DNA of 63,950 nucleotides, counting the filler, from Barthelona sp. PAP020 (taxonomy: Eukaryota): the NCBI GenBank assembly GCA_040182905.1. It is 10 parts of 10 records of this genome, joined end to end, with 100 filler letters (N's around TTAATTAATTAA, not from the genome) between each part and the next. Parts side by side here need not be neighbours in the genome. Positions count along the whole stretch, not along the records: positions 6,686 to 13,265 come from JARQWU010000543.1; positions 13,366 to 19,905 come from JARQWU010000544.1; positions 20,006 to 26,516 come from JARQWU010000545.1; 7 more parts are not named here. One strand, given 5' to 3'. The notes beneath the pieces are model-generated. The model did not search any database. It was not told the DNA's origin and saw nothing but the letters and a program-made list of their open reading frames with translations. Position numbers and translations under genes: made by a program. Shown piece by piece: positions 11,581 to 21,879 of the stretch (its first letter is position 1; every line of letters starts with the position of its first letter).

Positions 11581-12548
11581 TTAGTTGGCAAAATGATCCA
11601 AAACATCATTTTGGGGATGCACTGAGAATTTTCTGTTCTAAAAAATTATTTCTTTCATTTTCATTTTCATTTGGCAGATGTTCCTTGGTATTTTTTTTAT
11701 TGTTCTTTAATTTGAGTTCAAATCCAACAGTTTTCGTTTCCATCACAAGGTCTCTCAAATTTTGATTGATGATTGGGACATGAGAAACAGATTTTTGGAT
11801 TTCTTTGGTTGGCTGTATGCCACTTTCTGGATCTATTAGTTTTATTTGCTGTGTATATTATTGTGCTATCTTTTTTTGCCTTTCTTCACAAGGTTATTTG
11901 AGATTTTCCAAATTTGAAGCTGAAAACCAGTTCTTCAATCCCATTGTTTGTAATTTATTTTGAATTTGGTTCATTTTTCATGTTAACCTTTATTTTTGTT
12001 TATTTTTTTTGAATATTCCAACATGAAAGCTAATTTCTCAATAAATCTAAGGCTGTCCTTTTCTTTGGTGTGTGTTGTTTACTTTTTTATTGGTAAGGAT
12101 GTGCCTTGAATAGTATCAACTGATACATTTTTGTTTGATTTGTTCATTTTGTCGGAAAGGGAACAGGGTTATTTGTAAAATCTTCAATATTTTCTATTTT
12201 TTTACATTCTTTCTGATGTAATTCACTGTAGTGATACAAATAAAAGATTCAAAAGTTAAATTTGAATAATTCAACTTTCCTTTTTTAAATTAACAAACAA
12301 GTATTTTTTTTTTACAATAATAACACTGATTCTTATATTTTATATATTTATTTTTGATTTTTTAGTTGTTTTAAAATTGTTGAGATTCTTTGATTTTATT
12401 AAAATGAATTGCAAAAGTTTTGGAAAATGAAAGATTGAAAATAAATTTTCAAAGAAATAAGATGTAAAACATTATTTAATTGATTTCTAAACATATGTTA
12501 TGTCAAATGTCAAATAAATGGGAAGATTAAAATTTCAAAATATTAAAT

Positions 12549-13067
12549 TTATTCAAAAAGGTCAACCTTTGGAGGAGACATTTGATCTAATAACGATCTA
12601 CTGTGTTCATAACGACTATTAAATTTCTCACCATTCAAATTTTTTTGAAAATTATTGTCAAAATTATTATCAATATTGTTAAATCTTTTATAAAATGGTT
12701 TAGCATGTTTAATTTCATTATTTTGTGATATTTTAGGTTTGATAAATACATTATATCCTGTGAACTCCGGATTAGTCTTGAATTTTTCACCTGAAGGGGA
12801 ATTAATCAATATCTCAACTGAAGGACTGGTTGCGTACACCACTGATTCATTCATACTTGGATGACTATCAATAGAAGCTTCAGGGGAATATTCGCAACTG
12901 TATTCAAATGAATTCATGTCATTTTCATCTTTTTGTTTAATTTCAGTTGCTTCCATTTCATTTAATTGAGAAGTTAATTTCAAAACTTGAGTTGACATTG
13001 CAGAAACTTCTTTTTTCAATTTTTGAATCTGATTTTGTAAATAGGCGACAAGTTCGACTTGTGACAT
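12549..13067 (-). CDS. Hypothetical protein with N-terminal coiled coil
   Basis: 172-aa ORF with a heptad N-terminus. Confidence 0.6.
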   Translation of the reverse strand: MSQVELVAYLQNQIQKLKKEVSAMSTQVLKLTSQLNEMEATEIKQKDENDMNSFEYSCEYSPEASIDSHPSMNESVVYATSPSVEILINSPSGEKFKTNPEFTGYNVFIKPKISQNNEIKHAKPFYKRFNNIDNNFDNNFQKNLNGEKFNSRYEHSRSLLDQMSPPKVDLFE

Positions 13068-13265
13068 TAACTATTTCATACTACAACCATCAAAAAAATG
13101 GAAAAACAATAACGCCAAAAAAAGGGAAAATCTTTTTTTTTTTTGGTGTTGAAACTTGTTCTCAAGAACCATCAAAAAGCAGACAACAGAAAGATAAAAA
13201 AACAAAATAAAATTCTAGAACATATGTCCGTATTTATGACTTAAACGAGAAGATAAACGATTAGT

Positions 13266-13365
13266 NNNNNNNNNNNNNNNNNNNNNNNNNNNNNNNNNNN
13301 NNNNNNNNNTTAATTAATTAANNNNNNNNNNNNNNNNNNNNNNNNNNNNNNNNNNNNNNNNNNNN
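13266..13365. other. Artificial contig linker
   Basis: N-TTAATTAATTAA-N. Confidence 0.99.
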
Positions 13366-13392
13366 TTTTTTTTTTTTTTTTTGTGAAAAATA

Positions 13393-14142
13393 ATGGTTAG
13401 GTTTGTTGTTAAAAGTGAAAATCGTGAATTAATTGGAACAATTAACAAAAAAAATGATTCTAACCAAATTATAATTTTAATTCATGGTCTTTTCGCCCAT
13501 AGTAATGATTTATTTTTTCCAAAATTTGTTGAAGAATTAAATTTTTCTACTTTTAGATATGATCAACCTGGTTGTGGATTAACTTCTGGTGATGAACATT
13601 ATGGAAGCAGTATGAATGATGTAATTGATTTACATAATATAATTCTATCATTAAAAGAAGATAACTGGAATGTTGTTGCCGTAATTGGGCATTCTAAAGG
13701 AGGTAACATAGGATTTAGTTATTTTTCGACATATCCCACGGATTCAATAGCTTTTATTTCGATAGCAGCTAGATTTGTAATGGATAGAGATGATTCAGGA
13801 AGATTTTCCAGCGAACAAAAGGAATTATTGGAAACAGAAGGTCAATTTTTATGGACAAATAGATATAACAATTCAATTGTTGTTACCAAAGCGGATTATG
13901 ATAGATATAGGAATACAAACAATTTCGACAGAATTGCAAAGCTAAATTCAAATCAGAAGATATGTATTGTTCATGGAAATGTTGATAGAGTTGTGCCTTA
14001 TGAAGATGGAACATTGTTTCACAAAAATATTGAAAATTCCCATTTCATTACTGTTGAAAATGGAGGTCATGTTTTCAGAAAAGAAAATACTTCGGATGAT
14101 TTGATTAGAAATATAAATAACTGGCTTGAAAGTGTATTATAA
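13393..14142 (+). CDS. Alpha/beta hydrolase
   Basis: ILIHG oxyanion motif, GHSKGG nucleophile, HGNVDRVV Asp and GGHVF His. Confidence 0.9.
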   Translation: MVRFVVKSENRELIGTINKKNDSNQIIILIHGLFAHSNDLFFPKFVEELNFSTFRYDQPGCGLTSGDEHYGSSMNDVIDLHNIILSLKEDNWNVVAVIGHSKGGNIGFSYFSTYPTDSIAFISIAARFVMDRDDSGRFSSEQKELLETEGQFLWTNRYNNSIVVTKADYDRYRNTNNFDRIAKLNSNQKICIVHGNVDRVVPYEDGTLFHKNIENSHFITVENGGHVFRKENTSDDLIRNINNWLESVL

Positions 14143-14593
14143 AGAGTTTAACGTCGTTTTTTGTTTTATTGTATTTATTTTTGTGACCACAGGAAGATAG
14201 AGCATCAAATACAAGGTGATAAATATTTAATAATACTTCGATGAATGAATGAACATTACAGAATTCGATATTCCTTGTCAATCGCTCATACATGGGAAAA
14301 TCCTGTTCAAAACCTTGTAGTTTTGTGTTTATTCGTCCAATCATCGGATAGTCACTTTTTACAGTCAAAAAAGGAACCAAGAAGAAAATCCTGAAATAAA
14401 TGACTTTATTACAGATCATTAATTAATTAGGTGAAAACAGGCCCTCTCAAATTTGAAATTTCGGGGAAAAAAAAATTAAAAGGAAAAGTTTCTTTATCAA
14501 AACTCCATCAAACAGCTTCTTTATTACAAAACGTTCAAAAAGATCAATGAACAAGGTTAATTAAATTGAATTTAAATTTTTGACACAGGAGAA

Positions 14594-15793
14594 TTACCAT
14601 TCCATGTCTTCATCAACGTGATCACTTTCAACGTAATTCTGAAATTGTTGTTGAACCTTTGCTTTATCAAGTTGATTATCTTCTCTATACGAAAAACCTT
14701 CAAATACATCTGAAGGAATATTACTCTGATGATCTGGTAATGATTCTTTGATTGGTGTCGAGGTAAATCGAGAATCAAAGTTACTGGTGTCCACTTTTCC
14801 ATTGGAAATTTGAGGCTTGAAAGGCATGTCATATTCTTTTCTAAAAAGTCTGTCCCAATCAATATCTTGGAAATATGGGTGATTTCTAATTGCCATTCCA
14901 TCTTCTGGACCACTTCCCAAGCGTTTAGCTGGATCCCTTTCCAAAAGACCTCTCAGCAAAGATTCACAATTTTTATCAATAAATGGAGGTATTGTCAATT
15001 CAGATCTTAAAATTCGTTTGTACATAACAGTAGCATCTGGTGAATAAAAAGGAGGTAATCCAGTTAACATTTCAAAGAGTAATGTTCCCAATGACCACCA
15101 ATCAACAGCTTTACCATACGGCCTTTGTCTAATGACTTCAGGCGCTAAATACTCAGCAGTTCCACATATAGTGCTGGCACTGGTCGCATCTGTAACATCC
15201 ATTTTGGATAAACCAAAATCCGTAATGATAATGTTACCTTCCGCTGTTAACATAATGTTTTCAGGCTTTAAATCTCTGTATACAATATCTAACGAATGTA
15301 AATGCTCCAGTGCTAAAACAATTTGAGCGGCATAAAGTTTTGATCTTTGATTTGAAAATCTATGTTCCCTTTTCAAATGATAAAATAACTCTCCACCATT
15401 GATATATTCCATCACAATATACAATTTTTGAGGTGTTTGAAATGCATAATGCATCTTTACAATAAAAGGATGAATAATCTCTCTCAAAATATTCCTTTCG
15501 GTTCTAATATGTTCTATTTCTCCATTAGCAATAATATCAGATTTCTTTAAAATTTTCATGGCAAAAATTTGATCATCATCTTTTTTTTTAACTTGCCAGA
15601 CCTATTTAAAAGTTAGTGAACCTTTTTTAATTGTTTAAAAAAATACTTTTCCAAAGTTCCCAACACCTAATAAATTCATCCGAATGAAATCATTGGGGGT
15701 CAACTTGTCGTTTGCCAATCCAAATCGATTGTTGGGTTCATTTGATATGTAGGATTGTTCGTGGTCGGTAGTTTTTGAAGGTTCTGGACCCAT
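14594..15793 (-). CDS. AGC-family Ser/Thr kinase (Akt/S6K/SGK-like, no PH domain); 2 exons
   Basis: Splicing 15602-15646 restores GVGNFGK|VWQVKKK...FAMK; YRDLKPEN, DFG, TICGTAEYLAPE and hydrophobic motif FEGFSY. Confidence 0.92.
15602..15646 (-). other. Spliceosomal intron, 45 nt
   Basis: GTATTT...CACTAACTTTTAAATAG; contains an in-frame stop; removal restores the kinase Gly-loop. Confidence 0.9.
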
Positions 15794-16222
15794 ATTTAAC
15801 AAAAAGAAAAAAAAAGAACTAAAAAAGTCATAATGATTTCAACCCTTCAACAAAATTTCTTGTCTCAAAAAACGTTTATCTTCCAAAAATGAAAAAAAAA
15901 AGATTCCCCACTCTTAAAAAAAAAAAAGGAAAAATACATTCTCCCATAATATTCTAAAAATAAAGATGAAATCCAAAAATGAATTCTAACATTTGTGAGA
16001 ACCATTTTATCAAATTTCAAAACAGATTCATTGAAAAAAAATAAGATTTCAAAGACTTCCCTTTAAAAAAATTGACCATTTGATGATTGTTTTAAATAAC
16101 CTTTACACTTTTTTATATATCACAATAAATCTAGAAATTTATAAATATTAGAAGATTTTTTTTCAATTTTCTTTCTTGTTTGGTCTTTTGAGGAAATAAA
16201 AGATATTTTTTTTTTTAACATC

Positions 16223-16567
16223 ATGAAGCATTTTGCCTATTTTTTTATATTTTTTATATTTTTTTCATCGATATGTTTATGTCACAGCAATTCATGTGGA
16301 TCTTGGTTAAAAGAACATAATGCTAAAATAATAGATGTACGAACTGCAGAAGAATTTAATAGAGATCACATAAAAGGTGCTATAAATGTACCTTTACAAG
16401 ATTTGTCAAGCATTAAATCTGTCGCTGAAATTGATGAATATCTTTTGTTACATTGTTTAAGCGGTGGACGTAGTGCACGTGCTTTAACCGCTTTAAAACA
16501 GTTAGGATATAAAAATTTATGCAATATTGGTGGTTTAGCCAATGCTAGACAACAATTTGGAATGTAA
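16223..16567 (+). CDS. Single-domain rhodanese (PspE-like) with N-terminal signal or anchor
   Basis: Hydrophobic N-terminus; IIDVRTAEEF...HIKGAINVP; active-site loop HCLSGGRS. Confidence 0.88.
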   Translation: MKHFAYFFIFFIFFSSICLCHSNSCGSWLKEHNAKIIDVRTAEEFNRDHIKGAINVPLQDLSSIKSVAEIDEYLLLHCLSGGRSARALTALKQLGYKNLCNIGGLANARQQFGM

Positions 16568-17154
16568 AAGGAAAAAAGTTTTTTTTTGTGATGTTTCAAA
16601 CTCTACATGTTAAAGCTGACATATTACTACTTAAATAAAGCAAATTGAAGTTAATTTAATAGATCAAAAGAGATTATCTTCAACAATACTGAGAATGCTA
16701 GCTCTTTCCCTGACGCTAAAATAGCATCCTTAAGAATGAAGTTGATAGAGTGTTCTTTCCTTGTTCTGTTCAATCCAAAAGAAGGTAGCAATAACATTAT
16801 TCTTGCAGAACATCAATGGTTCTCCAATATCCTATTGCCTTTGGAATATAATCATCAAATTAACCAATGTGATTGAAAAGATCTGAAGAAAATGTTGAAA
16901 TTATTGAGTTTAATGACAATTCTTCCCAAATAAATATAAATTGATTTTGAGTCTATTTGAAGCTTTTAAAACTTGTTACTTCTTTTCTAGTAACCAAATA
17001 TATCAAATTTATGTGAAGAAAATTATTCTTTCCAATACAAAAGAACCAATAAGACATTAGAATCATCTTTCATTTTCTAACTGACAAAACTTAATTATAA
17101 AAAAAGAAAATAAACATTTACAAGACTATTATTTGAAAAAATTCAATCACAATA

Positions 17155-18696
17155 TTATTCTTTAATAATTTTTTCAACAATATCAAAACTTTCAAGGTTA
17201 TCCAGAGTAACCAAACTGTTGGTAGGATTAGCAAGGTATTGAATTAATTTGTCAAAAAAAGTTTTGATTGGATCAATCCAATTTTTCAAATGTTTCATAA
17301 AAATACAAAAACTTTTAAAACTTTTTATTTGATTGAAATGCTCAAAAAAGTTAATATAATTTAAATATTTCAAAAAAATTGATTCCATCAAATCATTTAT
17401 TTTAAACAATGGATTTGGTTCCAGTAAAAACACATATGTTGCTTTAATATTGTTTAAATCTTTAATATTAAAAGTAAGTCGAAAAAAATTAACTAATAAT
17501 ACCATTCGTATTTCATCATTAGAAATACCTGGTACAGGAATACCAATTTTATGATGGAAATAATCTCTTAATTTCTTTCCTTTGGCATCTGATAACAATA
17601 AATTTGTCTTTTCTTGAAATTTTTCAAGCAAATTTTCTAATTCTACTTTTAATTCACTGTTTTCTTCTTCTTCATTTTTTTTAATCAAATTCAAAGTATC
17701 CAATTGATGTTCAAGTTCCAAATTTTCTTTTTTCAATTCCAGCAAAATCAACTCATTTTGCTTTTCTTGAATCTTTTTTTCAAGTGTTATAAAATAAGAT
17801 TTCCATATTTTATTTTTTATTTTTTCCAAATAACGATTCATGAATTCTTTGGTTTTATTCATTCTTTCTTTATATATTTCATTTCTTTTCTCAATATTCA
17901 TTATTTCAAGTTCAATAAAGGCACTTTTCTCATTTGTTTGAATTTCTTCCCAAAATAATCTTAATGTACTAACAATTTGTTGTAATTCATTAATACTTAT
18001 ATTTAAATGATTCTTTTCAGTATTTAAAAGGAAATCTGCTTGGAAAAATTTCCAATCCTTTATAATGTTAAATATTTCATTATCTTTCAAATATATTGAC
18101 AATTCTTTATCCAAATCCAAAGGAACTATTGTTGATTGAGGTTTTGTTACAGTTTTACGTTTGATAGATTGATTTAAAAACGCATCAACTTCTTCAAAGT
18201 CACGGGTAAATTGTTCTTCCGTTTTCTTTTGCTCTATCTCACTTTCTTCCAAAATACTATCATATTCCTTACTTTTAGTAGCAAGTTCTTGTGCTAATGT
18301 ATTTGATATATCAGAAGAAAATTGTATTGAAGATTCCATCATAGCACTTTCATTCAGAGTATTGTCATAATCTTTGTAAACAGTCGTATCATCATTATCA
18401 GAAATACTTATATCATCAATATTTTCATCTGTAGGTTCACGTTTTAAAGGCTCATTATTCAAATTAATATTCAAATTGTCATTGGTTTTCATATCGGGAA
18501 CTTCACTTGATTTAACATCTTTTGAAAAAATTTCTATAGTTGAGTTTGAGTTCTCATCAAAATCAACATAATTATCCAATCCATTATTATAAATCGATGA
18601 TTCATTATCAGTTATTGTTGCTTGAACAACAGTTATTTCCATATCAGAATCATCTTCCGAATTATTCGCAACTATAGATAAATTATGCTTTGACAT
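17155..18696 (-). CDS. Hypothetical protein: acidic disordered N-terminus, coiled coil, globular C-terminus (possibly KNL1/Spc105-like)
   Basis: 513-aa ORF; DSDMEIT is MELT-like; the family call is tentative. Confidence 0.65.
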   Translation of the reverse strand: MSKHNLSIVANNSEDDSDMEITVVQATITDNESSIYNNGLDNYVDFDENSNSTIEIFSKDVKSSEVPDMKTNDNLNINLNNEPLKREPTDENIDDISISDNDDTTVYKDYDNTLNESAMMESSIQFSSDISNTLAQELATKSKEYDSILEESEIEQKKTEEQFTRDFEEVDAFLNQSIKRKTVTKPQSTIVPLDLDKELSIYLKDNEIFNIIKDWKFFQADFLLNTEKNHLNISINELQQIVSTLRLFWEEIQTNEKSAFIELEIMNIEKRNEIYKERMNKTKEFMNRYLEKIKNKIWKSYFITLEKKIQEKQNELILLELKKENLELEHQLDTLNLIKKNEEEENSELKVELENLLEKFQEKTNLLLSDAKGKKLRDYFHHKIGIPVPGISNDEIRMVLLVNFFRLTFNIKDLNNIKATYVFLLEPNPLFKINDLMESIFLKYLNYINFFEHFNQIKSFKSFCIFMKHLKNWIDPIKTFFDKLIQYLANPTNSLVTLDNLESFDIVEKIIKE

Positions 18697-18761
18697 ATCA
18701 TGTCCACCAATATAAAAAAAATATGATTCTTTGATTCAATTTTTTTTTTTTTCAATGTTAA

Positions 18762-19397
18762 ATGTCGGATAATTTTGTCGTTGATCAGTTACAAGCTTTA
18801 CCAATTAGAGAACTTGTTGCCGCTCCTTTAGTGGCAACAGCAAAAGCTAATCAAGATTTAATTACAAGAACTGTTAATCATCACCTTAATTATGGATTTG
18901 AAGACGATAATGGGACCAAAGTAATGCAAAATATACCGGTAAAATTTCCAGGAAATCGTGAAGTGAATTTTCCTGTACCTTTACTTCATGACAATCCTAG
19001 TCTCACTATCGAAAGTGCTGATGTTAATTTCAGTATTGAAGTTAAAAGCACTCAACAATTAAATAAATCATCAAGAGCATCTGCAAAATATAAAGTCAAT
19101 GCATTTTTTTACAAATCGTCGGGAAGTGTCACAGCTACAAAACAATTTAGAAGAAAAACTGATCATTCTGCTCATTATGAATTCCATGTCAAGTTGCAAG
19201 ATGTTGGTTTGAATGATTGCCAACAGAGAATCTTTAATTTAGCACATTTAACAATACCTACCATGTTTATTGAAGAAAAGACAACTTCCGATGATACTTC
19301 CGATGAAACTAATGTTGAAACTAATGATGAAACTAATGATGAAAACATTGAAGAAGAAATTAATGTCAACAATGACAGTTTGAATGAAGATTTGTAA
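18762..19397 (+). CDS. DUF2589-family protein
   Basis: LQALPIRELVAAPLVATAKAN...YGF, FPVPLLHDNPSLTIESADVNFSIEVKS, SGSVT...RKTDHSAHYEFHV follow the DUF2589 pattern. Confidence 0.78.
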   Translation: MSDNFVVDQLQALPIRELVAAPLVATAKANQDLITRTVNHHLNYGFEDDNGTKVMQNIPVKFPGNREVNFPVPLLHDNPSLTIESADVNFSIEVKSTQQLNKSSRASAKYKVNAFFYKSSGSVTATKQFRRKTDHSAHYEFHVKLQDVGLNDCQQRIFNLAHLTIPTMFIEEKTTSDDTSDETNVETNDETNDENIEEEINVNNDSLNEDL

Positions 19398-19834
19398 ACA
19401 TGCGATGGAAAATTAACAAATATTCAAGATCAAAGAAATTTTTAGAGAATAAAAAGCTTTCAATTGACCTTGGCTTGAGATTTAAGGCTTTGGACAATGT
19501 TATTTTTTAACAGCAGCATTAATTACAAGTGTATAGATGCACTGAAATTGTAGTGTGTTATTTTCAATTTAAAATGTACAAATGATTTATAGATGACAAC
19601 ACACCTCAATAAACTGAATCCGAATTCGATTTGTAAATTGTGAATTTTTTTTTTCTTTTTGAAGCTGTTCAAACAAATTCAAGAATAATTTGCCTCTAAA
19701 TATCGAAACTTGTCAAATCCAAAGAAAAAAAATGATCTTTAATAAATTAACCCAAAGCAAAGCAAATTGATCGTGGAACAAAAAAAGTTTTCTAAATATT
19801 TTTTTACAAACAAATTTTAACTACACAATTAAAT

Positions 19835-19905
19835 TTAGTAATCAGCATCGTAGTCTTCATTTTCTTCCATGTCACCTTCATCATCAATGGAGGCTTCACC
19901 ATATT
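19835..19905 (-). CDS. Probable beta-tubulin 3' end (fragment at contig end)
   Basis: Translates YGEASIDDEGDMEENEDYDADY*, resembling the beta-tubulin YQxAxxEEG acidic tail; too short to be sure. Confidence 0.5.
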
Positions 19906-20005
19906 NNNNNNNNNNNNNNNNNNNNNNNNNNNNNNNNNNNNNNNNNNNNTTAATTAATTAANNNNNNNNNNNNNNNNNNNNNNNNNNNNNNNNNNNNNNN
20001 NNNNN
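19906..20005. other. Artificial contig linker
   Basis: N-TTAATTAATTAA-N. Confidence 0.99.
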
Positions 20006-20340
20006 ATATCTTTTAAACATTACAAAAGCACCATGACGTGAAGTGTTTTGCATGAGAAAGTTAACATACTTCTCAAACTCAACAGTGAGTCTATTTTTTG
20101 AAAAGTCTCGTATGCCAAGAGGAATACCAAGAACTTCATCAAATTGATGTACTTGTTTACATTTAGTTGTATTTAACTCTAAATTGACATGAGAGAGAAC
20201 AACTTGAGATAAATGAAAGACTTTTCTTTTGACAAATTCAGAACTTTTTGGAATAGCAATATGAATATCATCCAAGTATGCATAGATTTCAGCATCTGGT
20301 GTTTGCTTTTTAAGGATTTTGAAAAATAACAGATTTAATA
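20006..20340 (-). mobile_element. Non-LTR retrotransposon reverse transcriptase fragment (CRE/SLACS-like), disrupted upstream
   Basis: EIYAYLDDIHIA (catalytic YxDD), NLELNTTKC, EVLGIPLG; frame closed by TAA just upstream and cut by the contig end downstream. Confidence 0.75.
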
Positions 20341-20568
20341 TTTAAGAACAAGACACAAACATGAATATAGACATGTTGATGGTTGTGAAGTTTCTGTTCC
20401 TCTTGAGCACTATATAATTGGTAGCATATTGTTTCATAAACGAAAGATTGTTGGTTAGTAGTAAACGTTGTTTAGCTAAATTACTTGGCTTAAATTGAGT
20501 TAATTTTCAGCAATTAGTTTTTTGATGAGTATCATTTTTTTAACAGATAGATTCATTTTAAAATTGTT

Positions 20569-20979
20569 ATTTTATTTTTCTTCATGTACGAACCTTTTCC
20601 AGAACTTTCCCAAATCAGAGACTGGGAATCTCAGTTGACTAATAAATAATAAACATTAGTCTTTATTCTTTTCAGGGGGTCCAGCGTTCCTGAAAGGAAC
20701 TTCTCTTTTTTGAGACCTACTCTTTCATAGGTTATCATAAGAGAGCTACACCCTATGCAGGGCGTGAACTACTGTGTTACTAATTGCTCAAAAGAGCTTT
20801 TCGCTCCGATATTTTTAAAATTTATCCTAATTGTGCAAGTTTTCATGCAATCACCGTGGCAGGTCAAAAATTTGGGGGTAGGTTAAGGAAAAGTTTCGTA
20901 CGTGTACGTTGAGGGAAAAAGGAAGAATCGGAAAATTCGATTCACCAAAAATAATTGCCTTGTGAACAACCCTCATTTT
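20569..20979 (+). mobile_element. Dispersed repeat copy B (full length, about 410 bp), non-autonomous element with asymmetric 15-bp inverted repeats
   Basis: GTACGAACCTTTTCC (20586-20600) and GGAAAAGTTTCGTAC (20887-20901), then hairpin GAATCG/CGATTC (20925-20943) and a T-run; homologous to copies A, C and D. Confidence 0.88.
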
Positions 20980-21879
20980 ATCTATTTTTTGCCAATACAC
21001 CATAAGTATCGCTCTCTATTTAAGGGAATAGTTGTTCAATGAAAATGCTACTTGATAATTGACATTTGTCCAACATTTATGCATTTTGATAGAGTCCTAA
21101 AATAATGTTGTTGTCAGTGATCAGACGACCGATAAAAATTTTGGTAAATCATGGAAAATGTAAGCTAACTTCATCACCATCTTTTATTAGCACATTCTAG
21201 GCAAATAACCAGAATAGAAGGACGGTGACTAATTTCTTTTTGTTGATTTAATGTGACATCTTACAAAAATCAGCAGCACCCCTTAAAATAAGCCCAGCAG
21301 AAACTTACAAATTTTTCTTTCTCAAAAAAAAAAAAAAAGGAAGAAAAAGAATCCGTTTTCAAAAGCATATCCAACCATTTCACGAATTATGCTGGATAAA
21401 AGTTCAAGAAAAAAAAGTTAATGAAGAAATTTGTCCAATCAAAAATTTATGTGCAAATCACAACTGATGGATTTTTTACAAACAGATGTGGGTCAGCTCA
21501 GAACCGTTTTAGCTGAGCTTATGGACCTCGTTAAAGGGACCAAAAAAGAGAATGCTAACGGTTGATTCCTCAATAAGAAAGCGGCTTCCATCCTCACAAT
21601 AGCTTTGTGGGTGATCAATTTTTTCAATATAAGAAGCAAAAAGTGCAAATTCGGTGATGCCATGGTTCTTCTAATGTTTTCACAGAATGGTCTTTTGTCA
21701 CCCGCAGTCTCCACCTTTTTCAAAAAGCGTCTGCAAAGGGTTTTTCGCCACGTCAAGCACACGATCTACTCTCACATCAGATACAGGCTGTCTGGGCTTC
21801 TGACAAAGTTCTGAACCTTGCTACAAGCAACTCAACAACAATATTCAGTACCTTTTCTTTAAATAGGTAAAATAGTATG

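Noticed and set aside
14105..14419. 104-aa ORF or possible ncRNA between the hydrolase and the AGC kinase
   Set aside because: No recognisable motif or snRNA/snoRNA boxes, and it overlaps the hydrolase stop; unsupported.
18762..20340. Apparent clustering of DUF2589 with the RT fragment (retron- or DGR-like)
   Set aside because: Separated by a linker, so on different contigs; the RT motifs look non-LTR and the fragment is disrupted.
20586..20901. Hammerhead ribozyme or tRNA-derived SINE head in the repeat
   Set aside because: No CTGATGA...GAAA core and no convincing A/B box pair seen on either strand.
21425..21862. TGA reassignment (alternative genetic code)
   Set aside because: Conserved genes here are uninterrupted under the standard code, and ORFs terminate with TAA, TAG or TGA; two TGAs in a relic are better explained by decay.
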